Positions 1 to 8,256 of a DNA stretch of 40,000 bases are shown here, in pieces. Position 1 is the stretch's first letter, and each line of letters opens with the position of its first letter. The stretch lies in contig NZ_BDQK01000001.1 in assembly GCF_003864295.1 (NCBI RefSeq), forward strand, positions 440,676 to 480,675, read 5' to 3'. The notes beneath the pieces are model-generated. The model ran no database searches and was not told the origin of the DNA. It worked only from the letters and a program-made list of their open reading frames with translations. A program made the translations under genes and the position numbers. The DNA comes from Aphanothece sacrum FPU1 (GTDB lineage: Bacteria; Cyanobacteriota; Cyanobacteriia; Cyanobacteriales; Microcystaceae).

Positions 1-684
1 TTTAATATTGGTCAAGGGATTGAATTCGAAGGATTTACATTAAAAGAAACCAAACCCTTATGGAAAGGATTAGAAGACAAAGTAGATAATACTGAAGCAG
101 TGATGAAAGAAATTTTAGAGTGGACAGGAGGACAACCTTTTTTAACTCAGAAGATTTGTCAATTTATTCAAGAAGATTCTAATTTTATACATCAAACTTC
201 AGAAAAATATTATATTGAATATTTAGTTAATTGGAAAATAATTAATAATTGGGAATCTCAAGATAATCCTCCTCATTTAAGAACAATTTATCAAAGAGTA
301 AAACATATTAATGATAATTCTAATTTTTTTGAGAAATATAGTAAAAATGCGATTTTAAAAGGTATAAAGGGAAACTCATTTAAAGACGATTTAGAATTAA
401 GATTATCCGGTTTAATGGTTAGAAAAAATAATCAATTAGAAATTTATAATAAAATTTATATATATGTTTTTGAGAATATTTTGTTTGAATTCCACCAACA
501 AAAAAAAATACACAGCGCACGGAATACAATTAAATTAATTAAAAGTATTATGTTTGATTATGTCTTGCCATTTATTGGTGTATTAGCTATTCTATTTATA
601 GTTTACAAAAAAGTGATTGAACCTATCTTTATAAAATCTACTGACAATTCTCAAGAAAATCCTTCTTTAATGAACCCTCCTTAA
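1..684 (+). CDS. AAA-like (STAND-type) ATPase family protein, C-terminal part; 5' end outside window
   Basis: The frame of ORF 100..684 stays open back to base 1 (FNIGQGIEFEGFTLKETKPLW...), so the gene is cut by the window edge. Motif EWTGGQPFLTQKICQF resembles the helical region after the NTPase core of cyanobacterial AAA-like domain proteins. C-terminal TM helix VLPFIGVLAILFIVY. Confidence 0.45.
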   Translation, partial: FNIGQGIEFEGFTLKETKPLWKGLEDKVDNTEAVMKEILEWTGGQPFLTQKICQFIQEDSNFIHQTSEKYYIEYLVNWKIINNWESQDNPPHLRTIYQRVKHINDNSNFFEKYSKNAILKGIKGNSFKDDLELRLSGLMVRKNNQLEIYNKIYIYVFENILFEFHQQKKIHSARNTIKLIKSIMFDYVLPFIGVLAILFIVYKKVIEPIFIKSTDNSQENPSLMNPP

Positions 685-744
685 TCAAAAAAATGTATAA
701 TAAATCGTATTGATAATAAACTCATCAGTAGACTAGGAATCTTT

Positions 745-2169
745 ATGAATAATTACTTTAAAATTATTTCTGGTGTTTTAAGTGGTATCGGAGTAGTTAC
801 TGTTATTATTGTGCTTTGGGAAATAGCATTAAAACCAATTATTATCCCTAGTTCTACTATAATCCCATCTCCTTCACCATCACCAGAAATACCCTTAGAA
901 CAGAGATTTAGTAGCGGTGATCGTCGTCTGTTTGTTAATAAAACAAACCCTAAAGCTGAACAAGGTATAACAGCTTTTAAATCCCAAAATTATGACCAAG
1001 CAAAGGAACTATTTACTGAAGCAGTCAATGCGGATCGTAATGATCCAGAAGTGCAAATTTATCTAAATAATACAGAAGCTATAATCAAGGGAACTCCGTT
1101 TATTTTAGCCACAGTAATCCCTGCGGATACAAAAGTAAATAATGCTGAGACAATGTTACGGGGTATCGCTGATGCACAAACGAAATTTAATCAAAAAGGA
1201 TTAAATAATAGATTACTAGAAATTATTATAGTTAATGATAGCAATGATGCAACTATAGCTCAAAAAGTAGCTCAAAAGTTATCTAATAATTCCTCAGTTT
1301 TAGGAGTAATTGGACATAATTCTAGTAGTGCAACTAAATCAGCATTAACCGAATACGAAAAAGTTAAACTATCCGTTATTTCTCCTACCAGTACCGCCAC
1401 TAATTTATTTGGTAATGTTTTTTTTAGAACTGTTCCTTCTAATATCAAAATAGGTAACTTTTTAGCTAAGTATGCTCTTAAGAATAACCTAAATAGAGTC
1501 GCTGTTTTTTATACATCAAAAGATAGCTTAAAAACTGATAAACAGAATGATTATAGTATTAGTCTTAAAGATGCTTTTGTTAAAGAATTTCAGGGGTTAG
1601 GTGAAGTAACAACGTTCGATATGAGTGCTTCCGATTTCAATATACAAGAAACAGTCAAATCTCTAGAAAATCAAGTAGACGCGATTGTTTTATTTCCCAA
1701 TACTGACAAAGAAATCATCACAATGTCTTTACAAGTTGCTCAAGCAAATGATAACTTATCTACCCCTTTAAAACTATTAGGAGGAGATACTTTATATAAC
1801 GCTGACCCTTTAACTTTTGATGGTAAAGCAGTAGAAGGATTAGTATTAGCTGTTCCTTGGTTTGCCAAGGAAAATTATCTTTATGCAAAGATAGCTGACA
1901 AAAGATGGGGAGGACAAGTTAGTTGGCGCACAGCAACCAGTTATGATGCTACTCAAGCATTTATTAAAGCATTATCACAAGATGCAACCCGTCAAACTAT
2001 ATTAAATAACTTAAAACAAACTAACTTATCAAAAGAAGAAACATCAGGAGAATCTTTACGATTTTTTAGTAACGGCGATCGCGATACTGATCCAGTTTTA
2101 GTTAAAGTTATTAAAGGAGGAAAAAATAGACCACAAGGTTCTGATTATTCCTTTGATATTATTAAGTAG
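745..2169 (+). CDS. Membrane-anchored TPR plus type-1 periplasmic ligand-binding (LivK/Peripla_BP_6-like) protein
   Basis: 474-aa ORF with an N-terminal TM helix (ISGVLSGIGVVTVIIVLW), a PSPSPSPE linker and a TPR-like segment. The rest is a PBP fold with typical strands (LATVIPADT, VLGVIGHNSSSAT, VISPTSTAT). Confidence 0.7.
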   Translation: MNNYFKIISGVLSGIGVVTVIIVLWEIALKPIIIPSSTIIPSPSPSPEIPLEQRFSSGDRRLFVNKTNPKAEQGITAFKSQNYDQAKELFTEAVNADRNDPEVQIYLNNTEAIIKGTPFILATVIPADTKVNNAETMLRGIADAQTKFNQKGLNNRLLEIIIVNDSNDATIAQKVAQKLSNNSSVLGVIGHNSSSATKSALTEYEKVKLSVISPTSTATNLFGNVFFRTVPSNIKIGNFLAKYALKNNLNRVAVFYTSKDSLKTDKQNDYSISLKDAFVKEFQGLGEVTTFDMSASDFNIQETVKSLENQVDAIVLFPNTDKEIITMSLQVAQANDNLSTPLKLLGGDTLYNADPLTFDGKAVEGLVLAVPWFAKENYLYAKIADKRWGGQVSWRTATSYDATQAFIKALSQDATRQTILNNLKQTNLSKEETSGESLRFFSNGDRDTDPVLVKVIKGGKNRPQGSDYSFDIIK

Positions 2170-2198
2170 GGAGACAAAATGCAAATTTTCTGTAGTGG

Positions 2199-2240
2199 CC
2201 GGTTTTCGTAGGGGCGGGTTTTCGTAGGGGCGGGTTTTTT
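2199..2240. repeat. Two direct copies of GGTTTTCGTAGGGGC ending in GGGCGGGTTTTTT
   Basis: Read directly. The GGGGCGGGTTT core is the reverse complement of the AAACCCGCCCC core in the downstream 41-bp units. Confidence 0.9.
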
Positions 2241-2249
2241 ACAGGAGTT

Positions 2250-2440
2250 ATGATGCCCACAAAAAAGTTGAATAAACCCGCCCCTCTTTTATGATGCCCA
2301 CAAAAAAGTTGAATAAACCCGCCCCTCTTTTATGATGCCCACAAAAAAATTGAATAAACCCGCCCGTATTTTATGATACCCACAAAAAAATTGAATAAAC
2401 CCGCCCCCTATGACATGATACTCACAAAAAATAAGGATTA
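2250..2440. repeat. 41-bp tandem repeat, 4 full units plus one degenerate unit, abutting the start codon at 2444
   Basis: Units start at 2250, 2291, 2332, 2373 and 2415 (ATGATGCCCACAAAAAAGTTGAATAAACCCGCCCCTCTTTT). Units 1 and 2 are identical and later units diverge progressively. Confidence 0.95.
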
Positions 2441-2443
2441 ACA

Positions 2444-4387
2444 ATGAAAAAATATCTGACTTTTTTAGCATTATTTATCTTAGTCACTTTCGGAACTACC
2501 TTTATTGGATGTTCTTATAAAGATAATTTAATCACCGCACAAGAAATTAATTATTTTCGTCAATTTTCTGCTCTTAACTTACCTCAAATAGAACAACAAT
2601 TTCGCAATCAATGGACACCAAAATTAGAACAAGGATTTCAAGAAAGAGCAAATACAATTATTAACTTTTATGCCAATAGAGATACTTATGGGAATGGTTA
2701 TGGAGAGAATGAAAAACGTTCTTATCCCCGCGCTATGTTTGATTTTTTAGCAGGTAATCAAGATAAAGCGATCGCCTTTTTACAAAAAGAAGATCCCGAA
2801 GCAGATAAACATCAACATACAGATGGCATTGACTATTATTATTGTTTCACATTAAAAGGACAAATTCGTAAATATTTTCTCTATGGAAAATATCTTGATC
2901 CTGCTTATAAACAAAGGATGTTTGAAGGAGCAAAAAAATGGACTCAAGAAGACCCCTTAACTCGTCCCCATCCCGTTTATGGGTTAGGCAATGGTGAGGG
3001 GAGAGACTGGGATATTAGTCGTAGAGGAAGATGGGTAGATGGACGAAATACAGACAATTTAAGGGCAATGAGAGAGACATCTGTTTACTTGATGGCCGAA
3101 GAAACAGGTAATGAGAAAACACGCCAAATTTATAAACAAAAAATTCAAAGATATGTCTGGGCATTATATAATATTGGTATGGGAGAATGGGACTCAGAAG
3201 TATATCATGGACATACTTTTGCTTCCTATTTAAACCTCTATGATTTTGCTAAAGATCCCGAAGTCAAACAATTAGCAAAAGCAGCTTTAGATTGGTTTTC
3301 TACTGCGGCTGCTATGAAATATTATAGAGGAGGTTGGGGTGGCCCAGTAAAACGAGATTACGGCACAGGAAATGCACCTTTAAATTCATCTTCTGCACGA
3401 ACTTTTTGGTTATATTTTGACGATACACCTTTATCTAATACTGATCCTGAAGAAGATACTTTATTCTTTATTACCAGTGCCTATCGTCCCCCCTTAGCAG
3501 TTATTAATTTAGCCCATAAAAACTTTAATAAACCAGTTGAAGTTTTCAGCAGTAAACCCTTATATGAAAATTGGAAACCAGGAAATGATCAACAACCTGG
3601 TTACTGGGAAACACAATTTTTTGGACATACTTATCAGATGGGAAGTTTAGCAGGAACATTCCCAGATGGAGATGTTGCCCCCTTTAAATTAATGGCTTAT
3701 AATACAGATAGAGGTGTTGATTATTTTGCTGTTAATACAGGGGGAAATATTGTTAGTCCAGGAAAAAAACCAGGAGATGAAATAGGACAATATCAAAATC
3801 TCTTGATTTGGTTAACTTTTCCTTCTACTCCTTCCTTTAATTTTCAGATTCCTGACACTGCTAAATTAGAAATTGAACATGATATTTGGTTTATTCATTA
3901 TGAGAAAACTTGGTTAGCTATTCATCCCATTAATCTCAAAAAATATGAAAAAATTACTGTTAATGATGAGAGAATCAATAAAGCTTACCCCAAAGAAAGA
4001 TTTTTACACGCTGAAACAACAGGGAATAATTATTCCGGTTTTGCCTTAGAAGTAGGAGAAAAAGAGTCTCATGGTAGTTATGAAAAATTTAAACAAAAAG
4101 TTAAACAAAAAAGTTCTCTAAATTTACAACAATTAGACAGAGGAGAAGTTACTTTTAATGGCACAACCGGAAATGTGTTACAATTAACCTATAATTGGCA
4201 AAATCTTTTACCTAAAATCCTTCGTAACGGGAAAGTACATGATTGGTTAAAAAATTTATCTCTTTATAACAGTCAAACTAAAGATAAATCACCTATATAT
4301 TTAGGATATAAAGAAGGTAAATTAAAAATAAAAGGAGGAGGGGATGAATTTATGAATCAAGTTAATAAAATAAATCTAAATAACTAA
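2444..4387 (+). CDS. Large predicted lipoprotein of unknown function
   Basis: 647-aa ORF. The signal peptide ends in a lipobox-like FIGC (MKKYLTFLALFILVTFGTTFIGCS). An AAGGA motif lies 6 nt upstream of the ATG. No family recognised by eye. Confidence 0.75.
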   Translation: MKKYLTFLALFILVTFGTTFIGCSYKDNLITAQEINYFRQFSALNLPQIEQQFRNQWTPKLEQGFQERANTIINFYANRDTYGNGYGENEKRSYPRAMFDFLAGNQDKAIAFLQKEDPEADKHQHTDGIDYYYCFTLKGQIRKYFLYGKYLDPAYKQRMFEGAKKWTQEDPLTRPHPVYGLGNGEGRDWDISRRGRWVDGRNTDNLRAMRETSVYLMAEETGNEKTRQIYKQKIQRYVWALYNIGMGEWDSEVYHGHTFASYLNLYDFAKDPEVKQLAKAALDWFSTAAAMKYYRGGWGGPVKRDYGTGNAPLNSSSARTFWLYFDDTPLSNTDPEEDTLFFITSAYRPPLAVINLAHKNFNKPVEVFSSKPLYENWKPGNDQQPGYWETQFFGHTYQMGSLAGTFPDGDVAPFKLMAYNTDRGVDYFAVNTGGNIVSPGKKPGDEIGQYQNLLIWLTFPSTPSFNFQIPDTAKLEIEHDIWFIHYEKTWLAIHPINLKKYEKITVNDERINKAYPKERFLHAETTGNNYSGFALEVGEKESHGSYEKFKQKVKQKSSLNLQQLDRGEVTFNGTTGNVLQLTYNWQNLLPKILRNGKVHDWLKNLSLYNSQTKDKSPIYLGYKEGKLKIKGGGDEFMNQVNKINLNN

Positions 4388-4391
4388 TTGC

Positions 4392-4582
4392 GGTTCTACC
4401 GAACTTGTCATGTAAAATTAATAAATCAATACAGGCTAAAGCCTTATTCTATAAGCACAAAGGCTGTCTACACAGCCTAATTTTAAGCCTGGGTAGCCAG
4501 GCTTAGTTCCTATAGCTTAACCCGACCGGGTTTAAGCCTGTAATTTGTAATCCTTTTACATCCTACTAAGTTCGGTAGAACC
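4392..4582. mobile_element. MITE copy 1 (191 bp) with terminal inverted repeats and 8-bp target-site duplication
   Basis: TIR GGTTCTACCGAACTT...AAGTTCGGTAGAACC. Flanked on both sides by CTAATTGC (4384-4391 and 4583-4590). The interior holds four consecutive short hairpins (aggctaaagcct, aggctgtctacacagcct, agcctgggtagccaggct, cttaacccgaccgggtttaag). Confidence 0.9.
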
Positions 4583-6161
4583 CTAATTGCTTAGAATCAG
4601 TTTTATTATTATCCGTTTCCTTATCTAAAACTCTTTCGACTTGTTGATAAATTGCTTCAGCTTCTTCTAAAGAATTACCAATACAAGTTAGACCCAATTT
4701 ACCAAATTCTGATAAAGCCCCCATTAAATGAAAGACAGTTCCGGTATTATTACTACTATCAAAATGCAAATGATATTGAGCAATAATATCCATTAAATCG
4801 TCAGGCAGTAAACCATTATATTGTTTTTTTTGTAAATTATCAGAAGCAATGTAATATTTTTCTTGATCTTGTTGAGTATGAAATAAACCTGTTTTTTGCT
4901 CATAAGTGCCATTTGTTAATAATTTTAGGGTCATAAATGGATGGGTAGTTCCTCCTTTTCTAAGATTAATTTCAATCGCTTGAATTTCCCATCTTTCCTC
5001 ATTATTATTATGGTTTTTGACTGCCAAAAAATCTACTCCATACCTTTCCATTGCCCCTCGTTTTGCTAAAGCTTCTCCAATTTTTAAGCCTAATTCTTGC
5101 AATTGTAATCGATAAGATTTGTCAGCAGGAAAACGACATCCTAAATAAATTTGCTTGTCCGGGCCACCTAAAATTTGATCATGGGTTGATAGAATTTTGA
5201 CTTCTCCTTTAGGATTAATATAACCTTGAACACTCGGTGATCGCTTTTCTTCTCCTTCAATAAATGCTTCAACAATGACACCTAATTCTGGAATTCTACT
5301 AGAAAAATTAGCCCAATTTTCATCTTTTGCTTGGAAACTTAAGAATTCTAAACTTTTTTCTAGAGCAATTATTCTCTCAGTATTATTCGCTTTACCAGGG
5401 GCTATATGACTAAGACAACGTAAATCTAAAATGGCATTTCCTTCTCCTGAAAATCCTTCATTTAGTTTAATAACAAGACGTTTTAAATCTGGTTGACGTT
5501 CCCATAATTTAGCGATTTCTAATACTAATTGATCAACCGTTTTTAAGAGTAAACTACCATCAGGATGAGGGATATAACATTCTTGAAAAATTTGTCTACT
5601 TCCACTCTTAGAACCCCAATAATTTAATTGAGGACTAGAGGCCAATAAAGGAACATCTAAACGGACTGATAATTCTGCTTCAAGAAATGTACCATTAAAA
5701 CAGACCATATAAGATTTATTAGGCCGTAAAGCGTGACGAATACGTTCAACTAACCGTGGTCTTTCTAATATTTTTTGTGTTAAGGGTTTAAAAGAGTTAT
5801 CATAAGTTGTTAGGAGAAGTAAGCGATCACGGGCGTGAGAAAAGGGAATTCCTGGTAATAATTGTAAGTAATATTCAATAATAATTGGAGATAAAGGTTG
5901 TGCAGTTACATAAATTAATCTGGTTTTGGGGTTGCGTAACCGAATTAAAGAAAATAATAGTCTTTCTTCGTAATGAAGAAAACCTTCAACTTTTTGTCCG
6001 ACTCGTTGGTCAATACTAAAGGAAGGAATTACTAAAATATCATAACCATCTTGTTCTAAGATATCTACTTCTTTCCAATATTCTCGTAACTTATTTTGTA
6101 ACTGATTAAACTTCTCTATGGGATCATTAACGAAATAATCTTCAGTTTCCATCGTTTTCAA
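4566..6161 (-). CDS. ATP-grasp superfamily ligase (PGM1-like, tentative)
   Basis: 531-aa ORF with ATP-grasp-like segments (LKRLVIKLNEGFSGEGNAILDL; YGVDFLAV...EINLRKGGTTHP). Subfamily not verifiable here. The last five codons and the stop lie inside the MITE. Confidence 0.6.
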   Translation of the reverse strand: MKTMETEDYFVNDPIEKFNQLQNKLREYWKEVDILEQDGYDILVIPSFSIDQRVGQKVEGFLHYEERLLFSLIRLRNPKTRLIYVTAQPLSPIIIEYYLQLLPGIPFSHARDRLLLLTTYDNSFKPLTQKILERPRLVERIRHALRPNKSYMVCFNGTFLEAELSVRLDVPLLASSPQLNYWGSKSGSRQIFQECYIPHPDGSLLLKTVDQLVLEIAKLWERQPDLKRLVIKLNEGFSGEGNAILDLRCLSHIAPGKANNTERIIALEKSLEFLSFQAKDENWANFSSRIPELGVIVEAFIEGEEKRSPSVQGYINPKGEVKILSTHDQILGGPDKQIYLGCRFPADKSYRLQLQELGLKIGEALAKRGAMERYGVDFLAVKNHNNNEERWEIQAIEINLRKGGTTHPFMTLKLLTNGTYEQKTGLFHTQQDQEKYYIASDNLQKKQYNGLLPDDLMDIIAQYHLHFDSSNNTGTVFHLMGALSEFGKLGLTCIGNSLEEAEAIYQQVERVLDKETDNNKTDSKQLGFYRT

Positions 6162-6236
6162 TACCTTTTGTTCTATTATTTCCTATTTTAACGTTAATCG
6201 GTACTCATTTTGGGGCTTTTGACACTTTTTTATTTA

Positions 6237-6638
6237 TCAACCTAAAAGATAATATTTGCTCTTTTTTCTAGAGACAATTTTTGGCTGTTTACATTTCATT
6301 TTATTAAATCTAGATTTCTTTTTATTTTTGTTTTTTTTGTGAGATTTTAAAACGGATTCAGATGACAAGTTTACAGAAACTAATGGTAATAGCTCAATAT
6401 TTTTTTCTTCTTTTTCGGTATTTTTACTACTAAAAATATTAATTTCTTCTATTTCCAAAGGTGTCATATTAAGATCGACAATTTCAATTATTTTACCTCC
6501 TTTTTGTTGAATCTGTTTTAAAGTTTTGCTAAGATTAGAGTAAGGAACTATTAATGTATAATTACTCTTAGGTGTCTGGTTCTGACTATAAAATCCTATT
6601 ACTTTAATGGCAAACTTGTGGCTTTTAGTATTACTCAT
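6237..6638 (-). CDS. CpcD-like (phycobilisome linker small domain) protein with lysine-rich C-terminal tail
   Basis: The N-terminal ~55 aa (FAIKVIGFY...YTLIVPYSNLSKTLKQIQQKGGKIIEI) matches the CpcD-like pattern ...VPYSR...GGKIVSI. The tail is strongly basic (KKNKNKKKSRFNKMKCKQPKIVSRKKSK). Confidence 0.55.
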   Translation of the reverse strand: MSNTKSHKFAIKVIGFYSQNQTPKSNYTLIVPYSNLSKTLKQIQQKGGKIIEIVDLNMTPLEIEEINIFSSKNTEKEEKNIELLPLVSVNLSSESVLKSHKKNKNKKKSRFNKMKCKQPKIVSRKKSKYYLLG

Positions 6639-6763
6639 AAGATTGATATAAATGATAGAGAGTTTAGGCGACTAATAGTCTTGAAAATAGTATTATATTG
6701 AATTGACAATACTATTATAATTGATAATAAGCAAAATAGGCTGGTTGAAAAAATTAAGATTTC

Positions 6764-7717
6764 TTAACTAATTAATTGACCCAAGAAAGGAAGAAAAAAG
6801 GCTAAAATAATGCTGACACCTAACCCGATCATTGCTTTACCGACATCCTTAATAATTATGGTTCCTGTATCTTTCAAAGAACGATGTTTAAGTCGATGAG
6901 CAATGGCAAGTTCTCGTCCTGCTAACAGTCCAATAAATACCCATGTTGTACTCATTGGTACTTTACTATATTCTTTGAAAAATAATAAGATAAATCCATA
7001 AATAAAATCAATAATTGTAGCTGATTTAATATTTTGAGTATTGATTTTACTCGTGACAATTTGTTGAATCTCCCCCCCATTTCTATAAAAAATAATAGCA
7101 TGGAGAGTCAGCATAATTATCAAAGAAAAGAAAAGTAACAATAAATCTAATTTTCTGGGCAAATAAGCAAAGATATTCGCTAAATCTTGAATTAACCATT
7201 GACTCCATAAAAAAGTAGTAGAAACCCATTGTAAGATTGTCCAATAAGGTTGATTTTCTGTCTTTGATTGATTGAAAGATTCTTCCTCTATTTTTTCACT
7301 AATAAAATAGTATATAAAAATACCAATGATAAAGGCTAATCCATATCCTATTAAGGATTTAGTGAGCATATTGGTTAAATTTTGAGGATTAAATACAGTT
7401 AAAATTAAAAAAGTGGTACTAACTGGAATTCCCAGATTAGTTAAACCTAATAAAATTAATGGAGGAACAATATAAATCCAACTAAAAGGATCAGGAATAG
7501 GAAAATTTTCTAAACGACCATAAGATACATCTCCATCATAATTTAACCAACCATAAGCAAAAACTGCTGTTAATATTGTACAAGCAAAAAGCCATAATAC
7601 CCACCAAGGTCGTTGAGAATTAGAACTTAAAAAAGTCCCTAAAGTTTGAATGGCATCATTAGCCACAATGGAATAAGCTGATAACATAAATCCTAGTAAC
7701 ATAAAGGTATAGCTCAT
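6764..7717 (-). CDS. Multi-pass membrane protein, PiT (PHO4)-like transporter family (tentative)
   Basis: Many hydrophobic helices. Duplicated P(V/M)STT motifs (GIPVSTTFLIL, KVPMSTTWVFIGLLAG) and an N-terminal ANDAIQTLGT recall PiT signatures. ATG at 7717 is preferred over the TTG at 7795 used by the ORF track. Confidence 0.5.
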   Translation of the reverse strand: MSYTFMLLGFMLSAYSIVANDAIQTLGTFLSSNSQRPWWVLWLFACTILTAVFAYGWLNYDGDVSYGRLENFPIPDPFSWIYIVPPLILLGLTNLGIPVSTTFLILTVFNPQNLTNMLTKSLIGYGLAFIIGIFIYYFISEKIEEESFNQSKTENQPYWTILQWVSTTFLWSQWLIQDLANIFAYLPRKLDLLLLFFSLIIMLTLHAIIFYRNGGEIQQIVTSKINTQNIKSATIIDFIYGFILLFFKEYSKVPMSTTWVFIGLLAGRELAIAHRLKHRSLKDTGTIIIKDVGKAMIGLGVSIILAFFLPFLGQLIS

Positions 7718-7821
7718 TTTTTCAAATACTGACTGATTAACTAATTTATTAATATTTCTATTATAGCTAATTATAAGGTATAATAACCGTATCAATAATT
7801 GATAATTAACTACTTAAATAA

Positions 7822-8256
7822 ATGACCTTTCGTAATCCTAAGCCTACGGTTGATATTATAATTGAACTCATCGACCAACCCCATCGACCTATTATTCTTA
7901 TTGAACGAAAAAATACTCCTTATGGTTGGGCTTTACCAGGAGGCTTTATTGAGTATGGAGAAACGGTAGAAAATGCTGCTCGTCGAGAAGCAAAAGAAGA
8001 AATAACTTTATCAGTAGAATTAATTGAACAATTTCATGTCTATTCTAATCCTGAGAGAGATCCCCGTCAACATACCTTAAGTATTGTTTTTATTGCTAGG
8101 GCTAAAGGACGACCTCAAGCGGCTGATGATGCTAAAAATGTTAGGGTTTTTGCTCTTTGGGAACTGCCTACAGATCTTTGTTTTGATCATGATAAAATTC
8201 TCAAAGATTATCAAAATTATCGTTATCATGGATTACGTCCTCGTTTATTAGACTAA
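7822..8256 (+). CDS. NUDIX hydrolase
   Basis: Canonical Nudix box [24 protein letters not shown] (GX5EX7REUXEEXGU). Confidence 0.9.
   Translation: MTFRNPKPTVDIIIELIDQPHRPIILIERKNTPYGWALPGGFIEYGETVENAARREAKEEITLSVELIEQFHVYSNPERDPRQHTLSIVFIARAKGRPQAADDAKNVRVFALWELPTDLCFDHDKILKDYQNYRYHGLRPRLLD

Noticed and set aside
2250-2440. Possibility that the 41-bp repeats (or the heptamer arrays elsewhere) are a CRISPR array
   Set aside because: The units are directly tandem with no unique spacers, and the heptamer arrays have a 7-bp period. There is no repeat-spacer architecture and no cas genes in the window.
2289-2471. 60-aa minus-strand ORF
   Set aside because: It is simply a translation of the 41-bp tandem repeat and overlaps the start of the lipoprotein gene. 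The sequence is repetitive and low-complexity.
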